64,000 bases of DNA from an uncultured Candidatus Saccharibacteria bacterium (GCA_964530925.1 CAZHBZ010000002.1:3621-67620); one strand, 5' to 3'. Positions 26,861 through 36,670 are shown, numbered from the stretch's first letter. The notes: generated by a model not told the origin, from the letters alone. Program-made: numbers and translations.

Positions 26861-28054
26861 TCATTTACCGCCATCTTCAATTATCTTGCGATATTCTAAA
26901 ATGAATTTTTTTGCGATGCTTTCCTCGGAAAGATATTTCTCAGCCGCGATCCTGCCGTTTGCACCGAATTTGCCGCGTAATTGGTCATCCGCAAGTATTT
27001 TTTCGATCGCTCCCGCAAGCTCATTTTTATCCTTTTTTATAACCATACCCGCCCCGCCTTCGTCGACTATTCCCGAAACCCCAACTCCCGTCGTTGCGAT
27101 GACCGGAATTCCCATCGCCATCGCCTCCGCGGTGGCCATGCCGAAACTCTCCGACTCCGACGGTTGAACCAATAAATCGGTCGCCCTAAGAGCGATTTCT
27201 TTTTGGCGGCCGGAGAGCATGCCGGCAAAAACTATATTTTCTCCCAACCCATAATCGGAAATTAGTTTCTCCACCTCCTTTTTATATCCTTTTTCGTCAT
27301 CTCCGCCGATTATCAACAGCCTTACCGAAACTTTTTGGCGAATCAGATCCGCGAAAGCCGGGATTAGAGTGTCGAATCCTTTTATTTTGCTGATCCTCCC
27401 GAGACAAGAAACTATCTTCTCTTCTGCGCGAACGCCAAATCTTTTTCTGAATTCGTGAACCTCTTCTGCGGAAACAGAACCTAATTCCGGCAACTTTATG
27501 CCGTTTGGCAAAACCATCGAGTGTTTAAGCGGCAATCCCAAATCGATATAATCCCCCTCTTCCTCTTTGCTCGTAAAATCCATCCCCGCGGCACCAGCTA
27601 AATTTCTTTTTTCTATAAGAAAAATATATATCTTTTTTTTCAGGCGAGATGTGGAAAGCGGATTTTTCATTAAATTCCCGCGCGGAGAAATAATATAAGG
27701 AACTCCGTATTTTTTCGCGTAATATGCTCCAAATGCGGAGGCCGACAAAAAGGTGGAAGTAATGTGTACGATGTCAAAATTTTTTATTGTTTTTTTGATC
27801 GCCCGCCTCATTAAGGTGGAGTTATACCAGCCAACCGGAAAGTTGAGCGGAAAATAATATATTTTTACCCCATCCATATCCACCGGCTCCCCGAGCGGCA
27901 CGTTTAACCTGGACTTGCCATCTGCATTGGTCGTATAAACAGTTACTTCCGCCCCAGCTGCGACAAGCGCCTTATTCATATTATGAACGCTCTGAACCGG
28001 CCCGCCATATCTTGTCGCGGGAAGGTAGCTTGGCACTATGTGGAGAATTTTCAT
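26861..28054 (-). CDS. GT4 glycosyltransferase
   Basis: GT-B/GT4 motifs (MKILHIVPSYLPATRYGGP...; C-terminal E..E.FG); ATG start overlaps the upstream stop (ATGA). Confidence 0.85.
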   Translation of the reverse strand: MKILHIVPSYLPATRYGGPVQSVHNMNKALVAAGAEVTVYTTNADGKSRLNVPLGEPVDMDGVKIYYFPLNFPVGWYNSTLMRRAIKKTIKNFDIVHITSTFLSASAFGAYYAKKYGVPYIISPRGNLMKNPLSTSRLKKKIYIFLIEKRNLAGAAGMDFTSKEEEGDYIDLGLPLKHSMVLPNGIKLPELGSVSAEEVHEFRKRFGVRAEEKIVSCLGRISKIKGFDTLIPAFADLIRQKVSVRLLIIGGDDEKGYKKEVEKLISDYGLGENIVFAGMLSGRQKEIALRATDLLVQPSESESFGMATAEAMAMGIPVIATTGVGVSGIVDEGGAGMVIKKDKNELAGAIEKILADDQLRGKFGANGRIAAEKYLSEESIAKKFILEYRKIIEDGGK

Positions 28055-28938
28055 ACAAAATTTGGAATTCTTTTTGTTATTCCATATATCCTTCCGCATC
28101 TTGAACATTTGTAGGCATTATCGGTCAATATTAACTGGGCTCGACAGTCGGGGCATACCAAGATATCCGCGAGTTTAATCTTTCGATTTCGAATGTTTTG
28201 CGAAAAAACTTTTCTGGCAAGAAACAGGACTATCTTTTTTAGCTTGGTTTTAAAATCACCCCTCCCGGGAATCCACCCCTCAAGCGTGGCTGGCTCCCAA
28301 TCAAAAGCATATTCCGGGTTAAGTATTTTATATTTTATTCCACCCGAACTTCTGCTCCAGTAATATCGGACGTGAAAATCAAACGGATTCCCGGAAAACC
28401 AAGGTTGAGCTATTTTTCTGGCTTTATTTTTGAAAAGCTCAAAAAGTTCTTTGTCTTGAGTTGGCGCCATTTTTTTTCGAATTAGAAGGATCCCGTTTGT
28501 ATCGGTTATTTCTAACATGTGAAATGGGTAGTTAGTTAACCGCTCCATAAAAGCATCCGGCACCTCTATATACCCGGCCCTCCCGACTCTTTGAATCTCG
28601 GAAATAAACCTATCCGGACTTTTAGAGTGTTCAAGAACGTGTGAGGCTATTACAAAATCAAAACTGTCGTCACTAAATGGCAATTTTTCCGCCTCTGCCA
28701 AAACTATCGGTCTGTCGGTAATAAGTTTTTCGGAAAACCTCTCCACGGTGTCCAAGTGCGCATCGCATAATACATTCGCGCGACAGTATGGGTTCCCGCC
28801 ACTCCCCACCTCAAGAACCAAAGCTTCCTTTGATACGGGACAATAAAGCCGGCGCAACGACCAGGCTAAGGAATTTAAGCCCAGCCTCTTAAAAAACTTC
28901 ATTGCCGAACTTTCTTGTTCTGACCCCTTTGAAAACAT
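28051..28938 (-). CDS. class I SAM-dependent methyltransferase with C-terminal Trm112-like zinc ribbon
   Basis: LEVGSGGNPY (motif I), ...FDFVIASHVLEH..., C-terminal CPDC...CSRCGRIY; start taken at the ATG next to the upstream stop (alternative 28974). Confidence 0.8.
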   Translation of the reverse strand: MFSKGSEQESSAMKFFKRLGLNSLAWSLRRLYCPVSKEALVLEVGSGGNPYCRANVLCDAHLDTVERFSEKLITDRPIVLAEAEKLPFSDDSFDFVIASHVLEHSKSPDRFISEIQRVGRAGYIEVPDAFMERLTNYPFHMLEITDTNGILLIRKKMAPTQDKELFELFKNKARKIAQPWFSGNPFDFHVRYYWSRSSGGIKYKILNPEYAFDWEPATLEGWIPGRGDFKTKLKKIVLFLARKVFSQNIRNRKIKLADILVCPDCRAQLILTDNAYKCSRCGRIYGITKRIPNFV

Positions 28939-28939
28939 T

Positions 28940-29860
28940 TTATAAACCAGTTTTCTGAGTTGCTCTCTTCGCAAAAAGCATACCTATATTCATATACGCG
29001 TATTTCCCGTGGCGTTCCGGAACATGCAACGGAACTCCTTTCGTGTGGCTAACTTCAAAACCCGCTTTTTTTAGACGATTCTCGGCCTCTTCAAAGCCAT
29101 AGTGATACTCCATAACCACATATTCAAATTTTCGCAATAATTCATCAGATGTACTGTTCAATATGTCGTATTCCCACCCCTCGCAATCTATTTTCAACAA
29201 ACCGTCCTCAACGGAATTTGCGAGGACAACAGACTCCAGCGTGACAACCGGTGTTTTTGTGGCAAATTCTTTTTTCAGCTGATCGTGGGGGCCGAAGACA
29301 ACTTTGAACATCTCGTCTTCGGAAATATCCGGAAGCGGAACTCGGCCAACCCCGGCATGGATAACCTCTATGATCTCTTCCATATGATTCGCGGATACAT
29401 TCTCCGATGCTATATCCGCAAAAGTTTTTACCGGCTCCACGGCTACAACTTTCTTCGCCCCCAAAAGACTAAAATATACCGGCGTATCCCCCAACATTGC
29501 CCCAATATCCACAACGGTCCGGTTCGAAAAATTTACATCCTTAATAAAAGGTTTGTAGCTTTCCCAACCGAACACCTCTTCCAGCATCCAAACACCGGCA
29601 TCCGCGCAATTAAAGCTGATGTTTTTGCCCATATATACGATAGTCGCGTACTTCCCGCTTATCTTACCTTTTGGGAAATAACGGAAAAAACCGACATAAT
29701 TCATAAATTCCGCCCAGGTTGACCTACTTACCCTTATGGAAAATCCGCTTTCAAATCTTGCCTCCACCTCTTTATTCAAACCGTATACCCCCAAAAGCAC
29801 CGCCAAACTATTTTTTACGAACAACAGAACTTTTATAAAATCTTTAATTTTAGTTAACAT
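28940..29860 (-). CDS. FkbM-family methyltransferase
   Basis: VVDIGAMLGDT and LKIDCEGWEYDIL match the FkbM-family signature blocks. Confidence 0.8.
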   Translation of the reverse strand: MLTKIKDFIKVLLFVKNSLAVLLGVYGLNKEVEARFESGFSIRVSRSTWAEFMNYVGFFRYFPKGKISGKYATIVYMGKNISFNCADAGVWMLEEVFGWESYKPFIKDVNFSNRTVVDIGAMLGDTPVYFSLLGAKKVVAVEPVKTFADIASENVSANHMEEIIEVIHAGVGRVPLPDISEDEMFKVVFGPHDQLKKEFATKTPVVTLESVVLANSVEDGLLKIDCEGWEYDILNSTSDELLRKFEYVVMEYHYGFEEAENRLKKAGFEVSHTKGVPLHVPERHGKYAYMNIGMLFAKRATQKTGL

Positions 29861-29866
29861 TTTTTA

Positions 29867-30556
29867 TTATTTTTTGCACTCGGCGAATAACGAATGCCCG
29901 GGATAAACGTCCAGAGAATCAATATCCGGACACTCTCCCTTCCTATAATCTTGTTTTCTTACTTCTCTAAATCCTACCGTTTTAAGGTGAGCCTCAAGAG
30001 AGCCAAAGTTATACCCGTATTTGTGAGCATGAAAATCAAACCTATCTGAAGTATAGAAAAAACTGCGAAGCATTTCATCCACCTTGCCGGAAGCGTAAAG
30101 CTTCGCCGCAAAATCCAGATCTGGGACAAGCACCCGCATCAACCCCCCGGGCTTCAGCGCCCGATGACAATCTTTCAAAAAATTCAATCCATCCGCTTCG
30201 GTTAGATGTTCCAAAAAATGGCTTGTGAAAATGATATCCAAAGAATTATCTTCAAAAGGAACGCCATCTCTGAGATCGAAGAATAGCAAGCCACTATTTT
30301 TTATAATTTCGTTGTACTGCTCTAAGGTGTAAAACTCAGAAGAACCGGCAAGTTTATATAAAATATCATTGATGGATGAGAGCCTGCGCGAACCGAAAAG
30401 AGCGGTAAGGCTTCCATCCACATTTTGCCATCCCGGCAGACAGCGCAATCCGCAACCTAAATTCGCCCAGGCGTTATGAGTTGGAACTTTGTATCTCTTG
30501 CCCCGGTAAAAAATGTTAGCCGTCGCAAGAACCGCCCCTACTAAAAACTTTTTCAT
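29867..30556 (-). CDS. class I SAM-dependent methyltransferase (type 11-like)
   Basis: ...LDIIFTSHFLEHLT...LKPGGLMRV motif blocks; start taken at the ATG abutting the upstream GT2 stop (alternative 30604). Confidence 0.75.
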   Translation of the reverse strand: MKKFLVGAVLATANIFYRGKRYKVPTHNAWANLGCGLRCLPGWQNVDGSLTALFGSRRLSSINDILYKLAGSSEFYTLEQYNEIIKNSGLLFFDLRDGVPFEDNSLDIIFTSHFLEHLTEADGLNFLKDCHRALKPGGLMRVLVPDLDFAAKLYASGKVDEMLRSFFYTSDRFDFHAHKYGYNFGSLEAHLKTVGFREVRKQDYRKGECPDIDSLDVYPGHSLFAECKK

Positions 30557-31578
30557 TATAGATTTGGGGTTTTGCCGAGCATTTTTTTTATCATCATTAT
30601 GCAAAAGTCGCAGATATTTTTGCCAAAAACAAGAAGCGCTGCGGCATATATATAGTAATACGGAGTTGCATTGTATCCCAGTTTACTGAGTTCCTTCGCG
30701 TATTTCATAAAAACCCCGACTCCCTTATTCCGATGAATGGCCAAAATTGGATACGAATATTTAGAAAGATCTCTCATTACGTTGGGCAAAGAATGAAAAC
30801 CGTATTTCGCATCCATATATTTCGCTATTTTTGGATAGCCGCTCATAAAAGCTAAGGAGCGGGAGGTGTCTACTGGCCGCGAAACAATCTTTTTAGTTCC
30901 TTCTTCATACATTGTTTCTTTGGCGCGGGTTGCCAAGTCTTCCACTTGTCTGGTAATTGGTGTATCAAAATAGGCGGATTTATACTTCAAGACCAGCTCA
31001 GCAACCCAATATATCTGGATTAATCCAAATCGGTCAAAATCGTTTATAAGATGCGGCAGTATTAAATCTCTTCGTATTGCGAAGCCGGAAATGAAAACGC
31101 TCTTACGAAATATTTCCTCGTAGGTTTTTTCGCCCGGTGAGAATATCCTGTCGCCGACATAGTAGCGGAAGTCCTCCACGCTCCCGTCCGCATGGACTGT
31201 CTCATAGCGCCGGAGGACATAAACTATTTCCGGATTATTTTTTATGAAGTCGGTCAACTTATCCAAGCCGCCAGAAATAAATTCGTCGTCATCACCCATA
31301 AGGACAATCCACTTGCCGCTCGCTGCTTTTACGAGCTCAATCAGGTTTCCGTCGTAGCCCAAGTTATTTTCATTCTCCCTGTAAACAACCGAATATTTAG
31401 AATTCGATTTAAATTTTTCTACCATCGCCCTTATCTCCGCCTGTTTAGGGCTCGCGTCCTCGGAAATGACTATCTCGACTTCCTTGGGGTTTTCCGAGTT
31501 TATGGTTTTAAGCAACCTTACCAAGGTTTCTGGGCGGTTGTAGGAAGGAATACAGATTGATACAAATGGTTCCGCCAT
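30556..31578 (-). CDS. GT2 glycosyltransferase
   Basis: VSICIPSYNRPETL...SEDAS...DDDE GT-A signature. Confidence 0.85.
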   Translation of the reverse strand: MAEPFVSICIPSYNRPETLVRLLKTINSENPKEVEIVISEDASPKQAEIRAMVEKFKSNSKYSVVYRENENNLGYDGNLIELVKAASGKWIVLMGDDDEFISGGLDKLTDFIKNNPEIVYVLRRYETVHADGSVEDFRYYVGDRIFSPGEKTYEEIFRKSVFISGFAIRRDLILPHLINDFDRFGLIQIYWVAELVLKYKSAYFDTPITRQVEDLATRAKETMYEEGTKKIVSRPVDTSRSLAFMSGYPKIAKYMDAKYGFHSLPNVMRDLSKYSYPILAIHRNKGVGVFMKYAKELSKLGYNATPYYYIYAAALLVFGKNICDFCIMMIKKMLGKTPNL

Positions 31579-31687
31579 TTTGGTCAGTATATTTGTTTAT
31601 GCCTTTATTTTCAATTAAAATTTGATTGACTTTTAACTGGCCGGAGATTAATGTTCTGGAAGAATCTTGAGGCGAAAAAGGAGAAAG

Positions 31688-32302
31688 ATGAAAATCTACA
31701 TTACTACAACCGCGGAAATAGGTGCGCGATGCGCCGCCTGGGCAATGGAGAACCTCCCACCCGGAGTGTCTTTTGTCGAAAATATGGAAGATTCGGATAT
31801 CTTTTTTTCGATCTTCTACAACAAGCTGATCTCCGAGGAATTTATCGCCGGGCGGAAAAAGTGTCTTAACTTCCACGGCGGGATCCTTCCGGAATATCGA
31901 GGCTCCGGCACCATCAATTGGGCGATCATCAATGGAGAAAAAGAGACCGGGATTACCCTCCATGAGATAGACGCGCAAATTGACCATGGTCCCGTTATTG
32001 ACATCCAACGAATCCCGATAGAAGACACCGATACAGCGGGAACCCTCTATGTAAAATTGGAAGAACTGATCTTCCAAATGTTCAAAAGCTGGTTTGCGAG
32101 ACTCATTTCACTGGACTACATAGCCACCCCCCAAGACCATTCCCGGGCAAAACTTTATTTCCGGAAAGATCTCCAAGCCGCAAAAGACCTAACCCGCTTT
32201 GTTCGGGCGTTCGAATATCCCGGCAAAGAAAATGCATACTACTTAACCAACACAGGAGAGGTGGTTCCTCTAAAATACGAACCGAACAAGGCATCGACAT
32301 AA
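31688..32302 (+). CDS. formyltransferase domain protein (putative sugar N-formyltransferase)
   Basis: Formyl-transferase catalytic motif ...LNFHGGILPEYRGSG (N...H..LP..RG) plus a downstream Asp; AAGGAG Shine-Dalgarno 4 nt upstream; adjacent to the sugar aminotransferase gene. Confidence 0.8.
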   Translation: MKIYITTTAEIGARCAAWAMENLPPGVSFVENMEDSDIFFSIFYNKLISEEFIAGRKKCLNFHGGILPEYRGSGTINWAIINGEKETGITLHEIDAQIDHGPVIDIQRIPIEDTDTAGTLYVKLEELIFQMFKSWFARLISLDYIATPQDHSRAKLYFRKDLQAAKDLTRFVRAFEYPGKENAYYLTNTGEVVPLKYEPNKAST

Positions 32303-32339
32303 AAGCAAAAGGCCGTCCGCATTTCGCGAACGGCCTGTT

Positions 32340-33458
32340 TTATATGTTCCTGAGCACCCCTCTCAAACTGTCGCAAACGTAGTCGATCTCTTCAGAGCTA
32401 AGCTCGGGTCCACTGGGAAGATAGAAGCCGTTCTCGCCGACGAAGTTTGCAACCGGGCAATCCCCTTCCCTGGTCCAACCATCCTTGATGAAGATCTTCT
32501 GTTGATTCGCAGGAACGAACGCCACTCGCGTTTCGATTCCCTTCCCCGCAAGAGCTTCCGTAATTTCCGCGCGGTGGCCGACTGCCTTACCGCGAAGCAC
32601 CACGTGGAACATCCAGTAGACATTCCGCGCGTACCTTTTCTCCACCGGCAGTTGAAGCTCCGGGATTCCGGAGAGCCGAGACGTATAAGCCTTGGCCATC
32701 GCTCGCTTCATGCCGATAACTTTGTCCAGTCCGGCCATCTGCCCAAATCCGATTGCAGCATGCAGATTGGACATGCGGTAGTTAAAACCCACAGCTTCGT
32801 GCATGAACTTATTCGCTCGGCCGTAAGCCAAAGACCTAAGAGATGCGGCCTTCGCGGCGTAGTCCGGATTATTCGTCGTGAGCATTCCGCCTTCGCCGGT
32901 CGTAAGGATCTTATTTGCGTAAAAGCTGAAGCAGCCGATATCGCCAAGCGATCCAACCCTCTTGTCTTTATAGGTCGCGCCGTGCGCCTCAGCCGCATCC
33001 TCGATAACGAAAAGGTTGTTCTCCCTTGCGATGTCTGAGATCGGATCCATATCTACAGGATGTCCGTAAATATGAACTGGCATGATGGCCCGGGTCCGCT
33101 TCGTGAGTTTGCTCTCAAGAAGGGCCGGATTCATGTTCCAAGTATCCGACTCGATATCGATCGGCACCGGAGTGGCTCCGACATAGAGAATGGCGAAGAA
33201 AGTCGCCATATTCGTAAAGGTGGATACCAGGACCTCATCACCCTTTCCGATTCCCACCGTCGCGAGAGCCAGATGCAGAGCAACGGTCCCGTTGGTTACG
33301 GCGACCCCATGTTCGCAATCCGAAAAGTTTGCGAACCTCTTTTCGAACGCGGATACATAGGTTCCGGCCAATCCGGATATCTCATTTTGCCGCAGCGCAC
33401 TCAAGACCGCTGTTCTTTCCTCAATGCCGATTAGTGGCTTGGCTAGCGGAATTTTCAT
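32340..33458 (-). CDS. DegT/DnrJ/EryC1/StrS-family PLP-dependent sugar aminotransferase
   Basis: 372 aa from ATG at 33456-33458 (MKIPLAKPLIG...), AGGTG Shine-Dalgarno; conserved ...EDAAEAHG... and FSFYANKILTTGEGG (PLP-lysine region); the ORF-track N-terminal extension is judged spurious. Confidence 0.88.
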   Translation of the reverse strand: MKIPLAKPLIGIEERTAVLSALRQNEISGLAGTYVSAFEKRFANFSDCEHGVAVTNGTVALHLALATVGIGKGDEVLVSTFTNMATFFAILYVGATPVPIDIESDTWNMNPALLESKLTKRTRAIMPVHIYGHPVDMDPISDIARENNLFVIEDAAEAHGATYKDKRVGSLGDIGCFSFYANKILTTGEGGMLTTNNPDYAAKAASLRSLAYGRANKFMHEAVGFNYRMSNLHAAIGFGQMAGLDKVIGMKRAMAKAYTSRLSGIPELQLPVEKRYARNVYWMFHVVLRGKAVGHRAEITEALAGKGIETRVAFVPANQQKIFIKDGWTREGDCPVANFVGENGFYLPSGPELSSEEIDYVCDSLRGVLRNI

Positions 33459-33594
33459 CTCTTTCACCTCTTTTTTATTCGGAACTAGCCACAACATAGA
33501 ACAGAATACTAAATTTGGCAAGTTGTTGTTGACATGCCAACACAAATGCGAGAGCATGAAGCCAGCAAACTTACATTTCCAAAAAGGAGGGCTT

Positions 33595-34578
33595 ATGGAG
33601 GAGATCCGAAATAAGCGCGTCTGCGTCATCGGTGGAGCCGGCTTCCTTGGAAGCCATCTCGTTAACTTCCTGGTCGAAGAACGCGGTTGCCAGGTTCTTG
33701 TGCTCGACAATCTCATCACCGGACTCCGGAAGCACGTGCACCCAGAGGCCAAGCTCGTGTGGTTCGACATCCGCGACAACAGCGACGAACTGGCGGATGT
33801 CCTAAGGAAGTATGAAATCGAATACGTCCTGAACTACGCGGCCGAGCCGTACATTCCCGAGTGCTTCGAACGTCCCATGCATTTTTTTGAGATCAACGCG
33901 GTTGCGGTTCTGAAGGTCCTGAACGCTTGCCAAAAGGCTGGCGTCAAGAAGATCCTGCAGGTTTCTTCCGCGGAAATCTACGGCGACATGAAGGGCAAGA
34001 TCAAGGAAACCGACATGGTTGTCGCCCACTCCACCTACGGAGTGTCCAAGCTCGCCGCAGATGGTCTGGTTCAGGTCCGCTGGAGAGAAGGAAAGGTTCC
34101 GGCAATCGCCATGCGCCAGTTCAACTGTGTCGGCGAACGCGAAACCCACGCCTACGTGATCCCGGAGATCATCTCCCAAATCGACCGAAACGGCCCCGTG
34201 GTCCATCTTGGTAACAACAGCTTCCGCGACTTCCAGTATGCTGGTGATGCCGTTAGGATGGCGGTCGAGCTTCTCGAGAAGGGAGAATCCGGCGAGGTCT
34301 ACAACATGGGCTCCGAGACCGGCATCCAGATCTATGATCTGGCCCGCCTGATCGGCTCTCTCATGGGACATCCCAGTATTGAGATCGTCACCGATCCGCA
34401 GAGGGTCCGCCCCTGGGAAATCTGGCACCTCCAGTCCGACAACAGCAAACTCTACGCGGCGATTGAAACGCGTCCGCAGGTCTCGCTCGAAGAGGCCCTC
34501 CGACGCACGATCAACTGCTTCGTCGAGAACGGAAGACGCTGGGACTTCTTCACCGAAAAGAGCGGATGGGTCATCTGA
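33595..34578 (+). CDS. NAD-dependent nucleotide-sugar epimerase/dehydratase (extended SDR; candidate 4,6-dehydratase)
   Basis: VIGGAGFLGSHL, catalytic YGVSK, about 58% GC with a full-length antisense ORF artefact; AGGAGG Shine-Dalgarno; TGA stop. Confidence 0.85.
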   Translation: MEEIRNKRVCVIGGAGFLGSHLVNFLVEERGCQVLVLDNLITGLRKHVHPEAKLVWFDIRDNSDELADVLRKYEIEYVLNYAAEPYIPECFERPMHFFEINAVAVLKVLNACQKAGVKKILQVSSAEIYGDMKGKIKETDMVVAHSTYGVSKLAADGLVQVRWREGKVPAIAMRQFNCVGERETHAYVIPEIISQIDRNGPVVHLGNNSFRDFQYAGDAVRMAVELLEKGESGEVYNMGSETGIQIYDLARLIGSLMGHPSIEIVTDPQRVRPWEIWHLQSDNSKLYAAIETRPQVSLEEALRRTINCFVENGRRWDFFTEKSGWVI

Positions 34579-34587
34579 TCCCCCGCA

Positions 34588-34611
34588 CCCCGCCAATGGC
34601 GGGGCTTTTTT
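34588..34611 (+). terminator. intrinsic terminator after the epimerase/dehydratase gene
   Basis: CCCCGCC-aat-GGCGGGG perfect stem followed by CTTTTTT. Confidence 0.8.
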
Positions 34612-34625
34612 ATCCATTAAGATGG

Positions 34626-34654
34626 TTTAGAAAAAAACCTAAATCGAGTATAAT
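34626..34654 (+). promoter_or_regulatory. putative sigma70-type promoter (-35 TTTAGA, 17-bp spacer, -10 TATAAT) for the methyltransferase gene
   Basis: Perfect TATAAT at 34649-34654, 16 nt before the ATG; located immediately after a terminator. Confidence 0.4.
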
Positions 34655-34670
34655 CCCAGTATCCAACCCA

Positions 34671-35618
34671 ATGAACAAATCATGCGAATTATTGGTCGTT
34701 TGTCCGCATTGTAAAAAATCTCTAAAATGGACAAAAGAATTCGCGGAGTGCCTCGCTTGCAAGAAAAAGTACCCTATTGAAATTGGCGTAGTTCGCTTTT
34801 TGGAAAATATCGACGAATTTTACGAGGGCAACTATGTTCGCCAAATACACTATATACCCGGCAATAACCTTCTTAAAAATTGGGTTTTTTTCAATTTAGT
34901 CCAAAGCGGCATCCTTGGAGAAATAAAAAAATCCGTGAATCCAAATGCTAATGTTTTAGACATAGGTTGCGCCGGAGGCATTAGATGGCTGGGCAGCTAT
35001 GCCCAAACCATTGGCATAGATCTTTCCCTCTCTTCATTGATTAAGGCGACAGAATGTTACGACCTAGCGATTCAGGCAAAGATAGAGATCCTTCCGTTTA
35101 AAGATTCTTCGTTCGATTTAATTTATGGAAGCTATATATTTGAACACTTGTCAGACAAAAGTAAAAGTGAATTTTTAAATGAGGCCCGACGCGTCTTAAA
35201 GCCGGGTGGAAAATTAATTTTACAATTTGATACGCTTTCCGACAACTGGCTGACTCGTTTTGCGATGAAAGACATGGCTGCATTTGAAAAAAGTTTTATC
35301 GCAACCGACGGGCACATAGGCCTGGAACCCCTCCCCGCTGCGCTTGAAAGATTCCGCTCGCGCGGTTTTAAGGTGTTGCGAGCGCTAAAATTCGGAACCA
35401 CATTCCTTCAATATCAGGCGACTTATGGCTGGCTAAACACCGCCTACGGAAAAGATTATGCATGGATTCGCTGGGTATCCGGATTTGTGAACTGGGCTCT
35501 CGGCAAACCGTCCGGAATAATTTTGGAATTTGCGGTTACAGCATTCGATAAAACCATAAACCGATTTTCTTCCGCCAAAGCGGCGACAAGAGCGATAGTC
35601 GTAGCGGAAAAAGTTTAG
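34671..35618 (+). CDS. class I SAM-dependent methyltransferase with N-terminal Trm112-like zinc ribbon
   Basis: N-terminal CPHC...CLAC ribbon, then VLDIGCAGG (motif I), ...FDLIYGSYIFEHL...LKPGGKLIL. Confidence 0.8.
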   Translation: MNKSCELLVVCPHCKKSLKWTKEFAECLACKKKYPIEIGVVRFLENIDEFYEGNYVRQIHYIPGNNLLKNWVFFNLVQSGILGEIKKSVNPNANVLDIGCAGGIRWLGSYAQTIGIDLSLSSLIKATECYDLAIQAKIEILPFKDSSFDLIYGSYIFEHLSDKSKSEFLNEARRVLKPGGKLILQFDTLSDNWLTRFAMKDMAAFEKSFIATDGHIGLEPLPAALERFRSRGFKVLRALKFGTTFLQYQATYGWLNTAYGKDYAWIRWVSGFVNWALGKPSGIILEFAVTAFDKTINRFSSAKAATRAIVVAEKV

Positions 35619-35642
35619 GTTGCCAGATTCGCGCCCGCCCTA

Positions 35643-36647
35643 TTATTCTAAAAATTTGAATCTCCGATGGCTGAAAAATAATTTGTATCCTTTATACAAT
35701 ATCTTATTCACCCAAAGCGGAAGCAAAAAAAGAGGCATGGCAATCCAAAATTCCGGGAAGCTCCAATAAAGCTTAAACATTTTCCACCTCTTGCCTTTTG
35801 GCGTATCCCACCCGCCAATCCATGCAACCGCCATCCCGCGCCAAAGAGAAGCAAAATTTACCGATAAAATTCTTCGAACTGCGCTTCTGCTAAATTTCCC
35901 CTTAAATTCCATAAGTATGTTGTAAAAATCCACCCCGTATGAATTAAATGCTATGTTTTCTATTTTCTCGTTTTTGATAAAACTTTTTTTAAATTCTTCC
36001 GGCGTAGTCGGGTGACAGAGTATATATGGTCCGGATAAAAAATAGAGTCCTTTGTTCCCGGATATTACATGGAATATCAAAACCAGCGAGGCGAACGAGA
36101 ATCCCACAATATGTTTTTTTGCCAAAGGCATGGCGGCTATCCCGTCTGCGCAGCGAAAAATCAAAGAGGATAAAAGCCCAATCCCAGTCCCCAATACATC
36201 CAAAACTTCGTTCCCATCTTTAAAAAATCCGTCGGCCCTATTAATTGCCGGATTCCCAAATTTTTGAACACCAAAATTAACCCAAACGAATGAAATGTCG
36301 GGGTGTTTTTTTACCAATTCCAAAACGCGTGCGACTGCCCCCGGCAGCAACTCATCGTCATCAGAGAACCACCACAAATACTCTCCCGTGGAATGTTCCA
36401 CAAGGAAAAGATTGGCGGCATCCAAGCCTATTTTCTCACCATGGAAATAACTGAGCTTGCAAGGCGGGTTGAATTTTTTAATCAACCCATCCAAAACCTT
36501 CTTTGTTTCTTCGTTTGGACTATCGTCTCGAATTACCAACTCCGTCTCAGAAGTTAGCTGCGGCAAAAGGCCTGTAAGCATCCGGCGAAATTTATCCGGA
36601 CGGTTGTACGTGGGAACGGCAACGCTAAGAAGTGGTGCTTTATTCAT
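35643..36647 (-). CDS. GT2 glycosyltransferase
   Basis: LSVAVPTYNRP...RDDSP...DDDE GT-A signature. Confidence 0.85.
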   Translation of the reverse strand: MNKAPLLSVAVPTYNRPDKFRRMLTGLLPQLTSETELVIRDDSPNEETKKVLDGLIKKFNPPCKLSYFHGEKIGLDAANLFLVEHSTGEYLWWFSDDDELLPGAVARVLELVKKHPDISFVWVNFGVQKFGNPAINRADGFFKDGNEVLDVLGTGIGLLSSLIFRCADGIAAMPLAKKHIVGFSFASLVLIFHVISGNKGLYFLSGPYILCHPTTPEEFKKSFIKNEKIENIAFNSYGVDFYNILMEFKGKFSRSAVRRILSVNFASLWRGMAVAWIGGWDTPKGKRWKMFKLYWSFPEFWIAMPLFLLPLWVNKILYKGYKLFFSHRRFKFLE

Positions 36648-36670
36648 GTCGCAAAATTATAGTTTAAAAA

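Noticed and set aside
26474-27167. Several ORFs (26474-26764 -, 26493-27167 +, 26587-26829 -) overlapping the UGDH-like gene
   Set aside because: Arg/Gly/Ser-rich antisense or out-of-frame artefacts of the locally high GC; no motifs
33529-33557. TTGACA hexamer in the aminotransferase/dehydratase divergent intergenic region as a -35 element
   Set aside because: The sequence 17 bp downstream (GAGCAT) is a poor -10; not enough support to call a promoter
32340-33779. ORF-track N-terminal extension (about 107 aa) of the aminotransferase
   Set aside because: The extension (MSRMSNHTSLASGCTCFRSP...) is Ser/Arg/Pro-rich and precedes the conserved MKIPLAKPLIG start, which has an AGGTG Shine-Dalgarno; the track accepts alternative start codons
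33802-34617. 271-aa minus-strand ORF fully antisense to the epimerase/dehydratase gene
   Set aside because: Asp/Gly/Leu/Val-rich, low-complexity composition typical of antisense frames in GC-rich coding DNA; the plus-strand gene has clear SDR motifs, a Shine-Dalgarno and a terminator
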